Below, piece by piece: positions 1 to 11,848 of a DNA stretch of 64,000 nucleotides. Position 1 is the first letter of the stretch; the number at the start of each line of letters is the position of its first letter. Where the stretch lies: positions 17,236,001 through 17,300,000 of the forward strand of contig NC_134474.1 of assembly GCF_964194025.1 (NCBI RefSeq), given 5' to 3'. The notes below the pieces were generated by a model, which was given only the letters and a program-made list of their open reading frames with translations, searched no databases and was not told the DNA's origin. The position numbers and the translations under genes are program-made. The stretch is from Convolutriloba macropyga. Lineage: Eukaryota.

Positions 1-1653
1 ATGATTAAAAACGTTGTCTTACTATTACATCGAGCAAATTTTGGCAGTATCTTTAAAAATTTCTGATTTCAATAACTGCGAAAACGACTCGTCTTTATCC
101 AACCCAAACATTCATTTGCAATTTGAATATATTTTAACGTATTCAAAGACTTGTGTCTGCTTTTTCTTTTTGTTAAGATTGTGCGTGACTTTTATGAACA
201 ATTGAGTGCAAATTCGTCCTTTGCAAATCAACGCCTCGAGGGCAAAATGGAATTCAATATGTATACCTAATTTGAACTGTCGTAACGGTTGAATTGTTCT
301 TAAACGGGTAAGTTGAATGGGGCTATAATAGACCTATTTATTTTAACTATAAATGCGGCGGAAGCGAAGGCGGCGCGGTATGCCATGTAGATGAATATAA
401 CATTGCAGAAACTTTTGTATGCGGTTAGCATTATCGTGTTCGCTTTTTTCCGCAGTTGGAAATTTTGATACGCGGTCTATACAAGCTAAGAAATTTATCC
501 CATGGTTTATTTCATTACTGATTGGGCCACCAAAATCTATTTGTATCTCCTCGTTTGACTCACTTCAGGGTTTAATAGGAGGACATTCAATTAAGGGATT
601 ATAGGTTTCAAAAATTTTACCTATCTTATTGCAGGGTGTGCGTTGCAGGGTGAATTGCACTCTGATTGCGGTGTTTTATTGTTTGATTTTGCGATGCATT
701 TCGACTATATTAATGAACTGCTTTGAAAATCTCTCAAATATTCCAGATTTATTGTCCAACTGATCTGTAGCTATCAAATTGGTGGAATGAGTTTTTTCAG
801 TTTTTTTGGTTATACCCGCTTTAATTGACGAATTTATACAATTTGTTTCGGCGCTGTAATTTGCTTTGGCGTGAATGGAATCTTTCATTCGCGGAGCGTT
901 TCGAGTGGTCATTAGCACAACAGGGTTGGGTGATTGTCAACTTGCTTGTAATTTTGAGGCGTTTTGCTAAAAAAAAATAGATTTGTTAAGTTGAAAGCAT
1001 TTCGCAGCGCGTTTCATTAAATCCAGTTTCGCGACTAACAATTGCTCTTAATTTTGGTTATTATTTGGTACTATAAGGTATGGTTCCCTTATAATCCGTA
1101 ATCGACTAACCCCATAAGTGTGTCTGACAAGTGCTCAGTTACAAAATTAAAGGGCAATAATCTATAGACTCAGCTCCTAATTGAACGGCTCTCTTTCTTT
1201 ATAGGTAGTTGGACGCGGTGATCTGTTATGAATGTGAACTTTTCACCGTACGAATTGTAATCGATGTGCTCTATTGCCCATTCGACCCCCAATAATCCCA
1301 GTTTGTTTACTTTATATCTTGATTCGACCGAGTTCAGAAAAACGGATGAACAGGCGACAATTTTTCACCCTTCATATTTCGATTTTTCTAGGGCATCATT
1401 AAGAGCATGTCGTGATGCGTTGCATTCCACTCTAGTCTCAAGATTGGAGTCATAATGTCTATTTTCGTTTGTTCCTGCTAATTTGGTTTTGATGTCTTCA
1501 AAATTTATTGCTTGATTATCAGTCCAAAGAAATTTTCTGATTTTTTTAGGGTTGTCTGAGCAGATGACAAAGTTTTGGTAGATTTGGTATGAATTTGCGG
1601 AGACGTTGGACAGAACCAAGAAAATATCTTAATTTTTTAATGGTACTTGCTGA

Positions 1654-2058
1654 TTAAAATTTTAGTACTGCACTTGCTGTCGAATTAGGTAGTTTTATTG
1701 CGTTTTGTGTAATTTTGTAACCTATTCTTTCAATTTCATTTTTTGCAAGATGATATTTCGATAGATTTATTCTTAAATTTTTGTCGTCTAGATTTTTCAG
1801 GCTCGTTCTGGCTGTTGTCATGTGTTTTTCCAGTGTTTTGCAACTCACAATGAGTATATCATCCAGAAAACAGTATGTGTTTGTTAATCCAATAAGAATC
1901 GCAGCAATTGCGTTTTGAAACTCGACCGGGGTATCGGTTATTCCGTAGAGTCCATTTTTGAAGTGGTACGTTCCAGTCACATCGCCGCTTAATATGTTAA
2001 AATTGCAACGGCCCGGTGTTTCAGGATGTAGATTGAGTTGGCTATACTTGTACTTCAA
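1654..2058 (-). pseudogene. Gypsy reverse transcriptase fragment
   Basis: KYKYSQLNL...CNFNILSGDVTGTYHFKNGLYGITDTPVEFQ...FLDDILIV: LTR-retrotransposon RT core with FLDD catalytic motif. Confidence 0.9.
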
Positions 2059-2449
2059 TTGAATTGTTGTAATAAGTGAGTCGTTTGCTCCGCGTTTACG
2101 CTTAAATTTTGTAATATTAATTGAATCAGACTCTCTGTGTTGAGCATTTGAGATTTATTCATGGTGATGGATTCATTCATAACTTTTGAATCGAGTGCTA
2201 GTTTAAATGAGGTGTCCTTTTTTGCTTTTATAATTATCGGTGAGATGAAGTGTTTGTCTGAGCACGAATAATGTTTTTGACTATCTCTTGATCTAACAGT
2301 GTTATAACTCCTTCTTAACTTTATCTTGAATAATTGTATGACTTTTTCTAGCTTTTTGGTTACGAGCCTGATAGTTTTTGCGGGATTGTGATTTTACTGT
2401 ATGGTTCTCTGATTTGTTGTTTTATTGGATTTGATGGTTTGATACAGTT

Positions 2450-5400
2450 TACTATTCTGTTTGTGGCTTAATGCTGTTTAATGTATATTCCCAATGTTTC
2501 AAACAGGAATCTTCTGATCAATGGTCGTCAGCCATTTTCCACAATCACAAAGTGTTCATTTTTTGTGCCCCAATTGTTGCATTCGACTGGTGCTATTAGT
2601 GTTCCTGCAGTTTTTACTGCAGGGTATACGTTGCAGGGTGAATTGCACTCTGGTTGCGGTGTTTTATTGTTTGATTTTCCGATGCATTTCGACTATATTA
2701 ATGAACTGCTTTGAAAATCTCTCAAATATTCCAGATTTATTGTCCAACTGATCTGTAGCTATCAAATTGGTGGAATGATTTTTTTCAGTTTTTTTGGTTA
2801 TATCCGCTTTAATTGACGAATTTATACAATTTGTTTCGGCGCTGTAATTTGCTTTGGCGTTAATGGAATCTTTCATTCGCGGAGCGTTTCGAGTGGTCAT
2901 TAGCACAACAGGGTTGGGTGATTGTCAACTTGCTTGTAATTTTGAGGCGTTTTGCTAAAAAAAAATAGATTTGTTAAGTTGAAAGCATTTCGCAGCGCGT
3001 TTCATTAAATCCAGTTTCGCGACTATCAATTGCTCTTAATTTTGGTTATTATTTGGTACCATAAGGTATGGTTCACGCAATCCGTAATCGACTAACCCCA
3101 TAGATGTGTCTGACAAGTGCTCAGTTACAAAATTCGACTGGTGCTATTATTGTTCCTGCAGTTTTTACTGGTTCGTTTGACTTTTTGTTCTAACATTTCG
3201 TCTTTTTCTCTGTTGCCCATTTTATTTTTTTTGCAGTTTTCAGTGATCGATAGTGCTTCGTATTTTTGTGACTATTGAACAGATACTTCCAGAGTTGAGA
3301 AGCAGTCTTACCTGGTTATTACCAATTGTGACCTTCATGTTTTGCGGAGCGATTTGGTCTGTATTGTCATTTGCTATCATTGCTACGCAGTTTTCATCTG
3401 ATTAACTCCAGTCCGAATTGCATTTTGTGTTGGAGTTCTCCACTTTTTTACTGAATTTTTTGTCAAACTCCTTATTTTTTTCAACGTTTTTTACATTTCG
3501 GTTATTATTGTTTTGCTTTGGTTTTCTGCACATTTTCAAAAAGTGATTCGCTTTATCACATTTATTGCATTTTTCCCTAACGAAATGCAGTTTTGTTTGT
3601 GGTTTCTTTTTGACGCTTGTCCTCATTTGCGGCGCTGATTTGATTGATTTCGCCTTGTGAATTATGTGTGTGCAATTCGCGGGGAGATGACCACTAGTAT
3701 TTTGATCGCTGTTGATTGATAGAGGCGTTGTGCTGTTTATTTTCATTTTATTGAGTACTCCAATTTTCAAATTGATTGCCGTTTGGAATGCTTGACTTGG
3801 TTATGTTGTTTCTTGTAGCAAGTGGCGCTGTATTTCGATATCCGACATTTTTGTGATGAATTTATCCAGCATTACTGTCTCCTTATAGTCTTTGAAGTTA
3901 CTATACTACGCCAATTTTTGGAACGTGTTGTAGAAATGCTCTACTTTTTCTCCCTTTTTCTACTGTCGTGAAAATAATAGGTACCTATCAAAGAGGATAT
4001 TGCGTTACGAATGGGCCTTACGAATGCTGCCTCCATTATGATCCAGAGTTCGATTGTCGATAGTTCGTTTATTACTGCGTGTGCTTCCTTGTGGTTCAAA
4101 ATATGCGTTCCCGCTTTGCCATTGATCAGATACAACAATGAAACGCATTTTTGGTCACAGGAGTTGCAATGGAAACCACAGCTTAGTACTCCTGCGTCTG
4201 TTATTTTCTGGCACTTTAAATCTTACGAGAGTTTTATCTGCGGGTTTCTGGATATTCTCTCATATTCGGTCACCTTACTATTCTGTTTGTGGCTTGTTGC
4301 TGTTTAATGTATATTCCCAATGTTTCAAACAGGAATCTTCTGATCAATGGTCTTCAGCCATTTTCCACAATCACAAAGTGTTCATTTTTTGTGCCCCAAT
4401 TGTTGCATTCGACTGGTGCTATTAGTGTTTCTGCAGTTTTTACTGGTTCGTTTGACTTTTTGTTCTAACAATTCGTCTTTTTCTCTGTTGCTCATTTTAT
4501 TTTTTTTTTGCAGTTTTCAGTGATCGATAGTGCTTCGTATTTTTGTGACTATTGAACAGATACTTCCAGAGTTGAGAAGCAGTCTTACCTGGTTATTACC
4601 AATTGTGACCTTCATGTTTTGCGGAGCGATTTGGTCTGTATTGTCATTTGCTATCATTGCTACGCAGTTTTCATCTGATTAACTCCAGTCCGAATTGCAT
4701 TTTGTGTTGGAGTTCTCCACTTTTTTACTGAATTTTTTGTCAAACTCCTTATTTTTTTCAACGTTTTTTACATTTCGGTTATTATTGTTTTGCTTTGGTT
4801 TTCTGCACATTTTCAAAAAGTGATTCGCTTTATCACATTTATTGCATTTTTCCCTAACGAAATGCAGTTTTGTTTGTGGTTTGGTTGTCACGCTTGTCCT
4901 CATTTGCGGCGCTGATTTGATTGATTTCGCCTTGTGAATTATGTGTGTATGCAATTCGCGGGGAGATGACCACTAGTATTTTGATCGCTGTTGATTGATA
5001 GAGGCGTTGTGCTGTTTATTTTCATTTTATTGAGTACTCCAATTTTCAAATTGATTGCCATTTGGAATGCTTGACTTGGTTATGTTGTTTCTTGTAGCAA
5101 GTGGCGCTGTATTTCGATATCCGACATTTTTGTGATGAATTTATCCAGCATTACTGTCTCCTTATAGTCTTTGAAGTTACTATTCTCCGCCAATTTTTGG
5201 AACGTGTTGTAGAAATGCTCTGCTTTTTCTCCCTTTTTCTACTGTCGTGAAAATAATAGGTACCTATCAAAGAGGATATTGCGTTACGAATGGGCCTTAC
5301 AAATGCTGCCTCCATTATGATCCAGAGTTCGATTGTCGATAGTTCGTTTATTACTGCGTGTGCTTCCCTGTGGTTCAAAATATGCGTTCCCGCTTTGCCA

Positions 5401-5553
5401 TTGATCAGATACAACAATGAAACGCATTTTTGGTCACAGGAGTTGCAATGGAAACCACAGCTTAGTACTCCTGCGTCTGTTATTTTCTGGCACTTTAAAT
5501 CTTACGAGAGTTTTATCTGCGCGTTTCTGGATATTCTATCACATTCGGTCACC
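2450..5553. repeat. Internal tandem duplication of the ~1.28-kb gag/protease segment (2450-4274 vs 4275-5553); the left copy carries a ~0.5-kb insert (2620-3133) copied from 632-1147
   Basis: Near-identical ORF pairs 3402-3770/4679-4954, 4011-4307/5290-5577 and 676-918/2664-2906; direct sequence comparison. Confidence 0.9.
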
Positions 5554-5756
5554 TCGGTTGAATCATCCATAGTTTGAATCGGGATTAAGTTGGTAGGGTT
5601 ACGATGGTTGGTTTCGGATTGAATAGTACGTCTAGATTGATGTCTTTATTAGCCAATATTGCGAGTTTTAATTATGTCCTCACTTCTCCCAACGTAGCGG
5701 TAGTTCTGATGAAATTTGTTTACAAAAAAGATAAATCGCCAATGGGGTTTTTCGTG

Positions 5757-5774
5757 ATCCTGCTGACTGCGCCA
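5757..5774 (-). promoter_or_regulatory. Primer binding site complementary to the 3' end of tRNA-Ser
   Basis: Minus strand reads TGGCGCAGTCAGCAGGAT immediately after the LTR-terminal CA. This is complementary to the ...AUCCUGCUGACUGCG-CCA 3' end typical of invertebrate tRNA-Ser. Confidence 0.8.
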
Positions 5775-6307
5775 TGTCATATATGCCTACTGTACAAAAA
5801 GTAATTTTAATGATTCGCGGTGAGAATCAACAGATTTTTATTTTGAGAGTTTCTTTGCGTAGCAAATGCTGAATTGAATTTTCACTTCGCTGGTTTGCAG
5901 AACAAATAAGTCTAATTGTTATCTGTGGGATTACGGCTAATTGCGGGGTGATGAGGTTAAATTAACAGAGAGCTGTATTCGCTTAGCGAATAGAAAACAT
6001 GATTTGGAAGAATTATTCACAGCTGGGTGCAGGAAATTTTCTGATTAGTCTGAATAACTTAGCAGCTGACAGGAATTGTATGAACAGATCTAATTGTTTA
6101 CACCGCTGAATGAACTAAAATACGAACAATCTTAAATATGGAAAGTATGAGGAATTAACAACTCATGAAAATGAACATCAGAGACATGAATAAATTAGGA
6201 ATAGGTGGCAAATTGAACTGCATCTATAATTAGAATTAGGTAAGGGAAATGATAAAGTAGCAACAGAATAATCAGTGTTAGTTTTACGTTGGTACCTGTG
6301 TACCACA
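5775..6307 (-). repeat. Putative 5' LTR of the minus-strand Gypsy element (~533 bp)
   Basis: Inner boundary is fixed by the PBS. Outer boundary is inferred from a TGTGGTA start on the minus strand, similar to the TGTGATA start of the second element. The partner LTR is outside the window. Confidence 0.65.
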
Positions 6308-7618
6308 CCTTTGATTTAACGTACAACTTGACCGTGAAATTGAAATTATGTCGGAATGACCAAAACATTGCCGAAAAGTTCCAGGAACTAATCAAATGAG
6401 CGAAATTTAGACCAAAAACAAGAAAATAATTACAGTTTAAGATTGGTTTGAATGTTGCAAGCTATTTACAAATCTAATCTATCTGAAGAAATCAAATAAC
6501 TAAAACTTAAGTGGAATGTCTCTGATTAGATTTAATTTGATTTTTAATGCAACCTTACAAATGGTAGTCACAAAAACTTTTGTTTATTGGCTGAATATTA
6601 GTCCAACGAAAAATCGCGACATGCAAAAATTGTTCAAGAATCAATTCTTGAGATAAAAGTTACTGGAAGTTTTTTCTCGAAAATTGAAATTATTAACCAA
6701 TAGGGGAACATTAACTTGTCAATTTTTTGAAAAACGGTGTTCAATAGTTTTTTGACAGTTTTTTCTGTAAGGGACTTTTCGAAAGGGTCTGAAACATAGC
6801 GGGAACCTGTCGGGGAAAACATTTTTGAAAAATGTGGTCGAAGAAACTGCTGACGCTTTTTCGGTTTTAATCAAAATGACATGGTGTGAAACACTTTAGT
6901 TCTCTAGAGTGACGTAACTTATCTGATGAGTTGATCTAAAAATTTTTTTGTTCAACTGTTTCTATCACCAATGGATATGAAAAATTTATCACTCACAAAA
7001 CAAGATTCACGCCTGCGCAAATCTCTTGATTGAACTCAAAAGAGCGTCAAAAATTTTTTAGACCTCATTTTTCAAAAAAAATGACAAGTTAATGTCCGTC
7101 TACCGGGTGAAAACATTGATTTTCAAAAAACTATTTCCGACAATTTTTGAACTCCAATTTTCCAAAAAATTTACATGTGCCGACACCCCTTAAGCGAAAA
7201 AGTTTCAAAAAATGAGAAATTGGCTTTGAACTTTTTTTAATCGTTCACAAAACATGTATATCGACGAGCTAGCGATAGCAGTGCAGCAAACAATTGATCG
7301 TAACAAAACTGGTTCAAGCTTGTAAACAAATTGAACAAATTTACAATCAGCCGAAAGGTAAAATAGAAGATTTTCTTAGAAAAAATTCGGAGCTGACCAG
7401 AACCTCAAGGGGGGGGGGGATTTAGTGCAGATTGAGATATCACAATGTGGGAACATTTTTGTTTTAGGTTCTTTGCTGTAAAATGTCCCCCTCTTGCGGG
7501 GGACATTTTAATGCATATAAACTAAAACAAAATTGTACCCCTCCCCCGTTGCAATCTCTCAATCTACAGTATATGTATGTCACTCTATTGCGGTTAGTCA
7601 GCTTATATTACCACTTAC

Positions 7619-8004
7619 CACAAAAAATTTTTCTCATAAAATCGAACCTGAACTGATATTGGTTTCAGAACTCCATGGCCTGTATTTCCTCTCACATTCA
7701 TTATTCTCACCCCGTTCACGTGTTTAACTTCCGCATTCTGCCTCGCTACATGTTGTTCATTTGGCACGTTTTCATTGTCATTTAAACTTGCTGAAGTTTC
7801 TCTTTTCTGAACAAAGTTTGAATTGTTAACGCGTGGCAATGGGGTTCTTCCAACATTTGCCCGATTGAAATAATTGTAGTTTGTATTAATATTGGGTGGA
7901 TTTCGAGGTGGAACAAACGCAATCATTAGAGGAGCCTTTTGTCGGGTCACCATATGACCTTGACTTTGCCGCCATGGCTCGTTCGTGCTTGCTGCAGTAC
8001 CCAT
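7619..8004 (-). CDS. Candidate first coding exon of an unknown host gene (MGTAAS..., possible N-myristoylation signal)
   Basis: 128-codon stop-free frame in unique sequence. Starts with MGxxxS and ends exactly at a consensus GTAAGT donor (7618-7613). No family recognised. Confidence 0.4.
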
Positions 8005-11000
8005 GATAAATTCAGTAGAAGTGATAAAAACCAAATTAAATACAAAAATATTGCAAGAATTAGAAATAATAAATATAAAAATAGCAAAATTATCTAAATA
8101 ATTTGGAGAGTTAGGTCTTTCTCATTGTATCCCGACAACCCACTCCCCCTCCCCCTCCCCCTCCCCCTCCTCCCAATATATATGAACCAAAACAATCAAT
8201 TAATATGAATGTAATTAATCGTAAACTAATCGGGCGATACAATTATGTGGGGCCTCAATGGGAAAGACCCGTTGTTTGTACGAGTTCCAAATCAAAGCAG
8301 TTCAAATTCCAGCGCCAACTGATATCGAACAGCGATTTTTAAGTTTGTACTGAATTCTCTTTTTTCTGATTTAATTACAGCCCAACTCCACCTTTCTTCA
8401 CAAGCGCCCAAAATATTCAGTTAAGCAAATTTGAGCTGCATCTAATCACATAAAACGAACTAGTTTCATTGAATCAAAAAGAAGTAATATAAAACTATTA
8501 ATAGACTAAAAATATAAAGCTAAAAAGACAGACATAAATTGTCTTCACAAATTGGTGGAAAATTAGTCTGGCGCTCAATGAAAACCAACAACGCTGTTTA
8601 AAACAGTTCACGCAATATTGTCGACTACAAGCAAAAACTACGGAAATTATAAGTGCTTTTGTGGGGTATAAAATTTGGAGAAAGCATATATAAGTTTCTA
8701 TTTTTGGATTGAAAAAAACGTTTAATTTTTGCAAAAACAAATTAATTTTGTTCAATATTAGCACGAGATTTTTGCGAGACAGCCTTGAAATCAACGAGCT
8801 AAAACAAACAGGCACTGAAATTATTAATGAAGTGACTTTTCCTTGAAAATTTAGTGCAAAAACTTTCAAATATCCCCCCGTATTGACATTGATTTGACCG
8901 CTATGCGTTGCAAAAATGCTAAATTCATCAGCAATTTTGTTTTGTTGCATATACTTCAATATGCTGATTTTAATCCCAGATTGGATGACGTAAACTCGAG
9001 GAGACGAACGGAAACAAAAACGATTTTGCTATTTCTTATCAAAATGTCAATCAGTATTAAATTTACAACAAGTATTGTTCATTTGTTATCAAATATTTGA
9101 ATAAGTTATTCACTTTCTGAAGACTAGCAAACATTTATTTCAAATCAATGGATTTCAATGTTGAAAAACCCGTTGAAGCTCATTTTCAAGGTGAAATTTG
9201 TTAGAAAAAAATGTTACAATCGGACACATACAGGTGGAAAAATTCCATGTTATAGGCTTGTTTTATCTCTTAATTTAGACAAATCGATAATGATTCTTCT
9301 TAATTATAATTTTCAAGTAATGGTCAACGTATTTATCATTAACTGACCGAAAAATCCACTTGATTTGACTAAAATATCATTTGGTATTATTTTTGAAAAC
9401 CGAACAGATTCATTACGGGCATCTTGAAACGTACGCAATGAAACCATGCCATATCGCAACTTACGATCAAATATATCTTTGTCGATCCATGAGATAAAAA
9501 CAAAGTTGACTTTTCATTTTGCAGAAAGGAAAGAACAAATGACACAAAAAGCAGAACCTTGCAATTTAGTTTTTGTCAAAAATGAGGATTTATTTAAAAG
9601 AGAACTGTATATGATATTATATGTGGATTATAGATGACAATAAAATTATATTTTATAGTTTTTAATTAAATTCCTTTGACAAGCTTTGGTGGCCTTGAGC
9701 AGTGATTCGCTGTTTTATTTAAGTAGGATAGCAACCAATTAGGGGTGAAAATTTCACAGAGCTTCAGTTTATTGCTAACACCTGATAAACCTATAGAGTG
9801 ACCCCAATTTTATTTTGCCACCCGGAGGTTGGTGGCAGAGCAAATCAGCGCTGAATCAGTCTAGAGAAATTCTGTTCTTTCTGGACAGCCAGTACTCTGT
9901 TCATGTCACAATTTAAACTGGCTAGTCCTGATTCTTGTGTAAAAATTTTTGCGTAAACTAAAATGTTCAGCTTAACTACTGCCACCAAGGTTTGCTCTCG
10001 ATGCGATTCGGATATCTGCGTGGTTACTTGTAACATTTAATTTGCGTAGCAAGTCGTAACCACTAACCTAATTGAGCTTTGTGTTAATTACCAACAGCCT
10101 AGCTTAAGAATAAAGAGGGTGTATGAGTATACTACTACAGTAACTACCAGTTACAAGCAGTTAAATTAGGACATTATCCTGATCAGACCTATGTCAATTA
10201 TGAGTAATTGTCAGACTATCCAGGATAAATTAAGCCCGGGCGAACTCTATGACTCGATAAAATCAAAACGATGAACAACTGCACATAAGGAAAATTAAAA
10301 TGTTCCGAAGATATGATGTTTCAGAACTAGAATGCTCTGAAACTGAAATCTGGGCCCATTGTTCAGGAAACATTCTCATTATTTGTATTCTCAAATAATT
10401 TTTTACTAATAAAATTTTCAAAATTTTACTTTTGCTAACCCTGGATTTTCTCAAATACGCCCCGGTACGATTGAAAGAGACAATTTATGGACTAAACGTG
10501 TCTAAAAGATATATCAAATTGATCAAAACAAATTACTTCTAGAAAAAGAGGTTAGACAACCTAGACTAAATTTAGTATTTATCTCAATTAAGGTGCAACG
10601 TTACGGAAAACAGAACAGAAAACTCTTAATTTATTCATACGGTAAATCTGCTTCTTATGCGTTTGTACAAAAAATTAGACAAAAATATATTTAAAGCCCT
10701 AGACAAACTTATAGGTCAAATTTGGTCTACTTTTTATTTTTGCATACCCAGCAGATAACAATAAAGTTTGTAAATTTGAGCGCAAAAATTTTAGTTTCTA
10801 CCGGTTGTATCTTTTTTCTTTAAAAAGGCGTAGCATGTTGATTTATCTTGATTCTTTTCTACCTCGCAGTCAAAACAAACTTCATGCAGACAAAAAGCTA
10901 AATTTCTTTAGTCTTTTTTAATAGAACATTTTCTTTCAAAATACTCCTCGGCAGATTTGGGCATTTTTTTGGTCCTGTGAATTTATATGGGTAATAACAA

Positions 11001-11848
11001 AAAAAATTGCAAAATCGGCGATTTTGAGGGAGTTCGTTTGGTCACAGCAATTAATACTGATAAAATAATTTGTAGAGGCCAAATTCAATTCAGTGATAGT
11101 TATTGAACTATTATATAGCTTCATAATTGCTATTTGGTTAAAGTCAAATAATTTAAACACGAAAACATTCAAGCTGTTCTTACAAACCCTCGCAGCTCTC
11201 CACAATGGCTGTCAACGTTCGATTTGAATAATTAAACAAAAAACTTTTATGAGCCCCCGTCACGAAAAAAGCAACAAAAACAATGTCAGAGAAGTTAAAT
11301 TTTAATAAAGTTATCTGTATATGATAATCAAACCAGGATTATTGAAGATTTCCGGGCAATCATACAAAGATCATGTATGATTTTTTAGTAGTCATTCAAG
11401 GATAGTACTTGGAAATACCTTATGATTTGTATGACATCATATATGATCCTTGTTTGAATACTAAGAAATGTCGACACAGTTAACGAAGCGTTGTTTGTTT
11501 TATTTAGTTGTAAAAAGGCTTTGGAAATAAACTAATAAAAAAATTCATGCAATATTATTAAGTATTTTTCTAGAAAAACTTCTTTCAAGATATGTTGTTG
11601 GTTTCATCAGAACAGAACTTATGGAATAGAAAATACGTGTCTGGAAGATGATTTTCAAATCAATCAGTGTTTTTGGGAGTAAATCAAAGGAAACAAAAGT
11701 CCAGTTTCATTTTCCGCTCCGCTGTTTGATTGATACTATGGTTATGAAAATTTGGCGTGTCTGCTAGTTGGCAAGATTTTTGAACCTGTCGCAATGAAAG
11801 AATTCAAATTAATAAAAACAACACTCAAAAGAAATTTCTGCTTTCCTG

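Larger units (their letters stand above)
1..6307 (-). mobile_element. Degenerate Ty3/Gypsy LTR retrotransposon (5' LTR, PBS, gag-pro-RT-RNaseH-integrase); 3' end lies beyond the window start
   Basis: Minus-strand fragments in Gypsy order: gag with CCHC knuckle (CNKCDKANHFLKMC, ORFs 3402-3770 and 4679-4954), RT (PVEFQ...YCFLDDILIVS, ORF 1654-2058), RNase H (ETRVECNAS), integrase (EEIQIDFGGP...LACIDRVSKFPTA, ~470-555). Many stops and frameshifts. Confidence 0.93.

Noticed and set aside
8498-8959. 153-aa minus-strand ORF
   Set aside because: Composition is typical of chance AT-rich frames; no motif or splice support.
9783-10265. Possible solo LTR (TG...CA, compositionally distinct)
   Set aside because: No target-site duplication or second copy found in the window.
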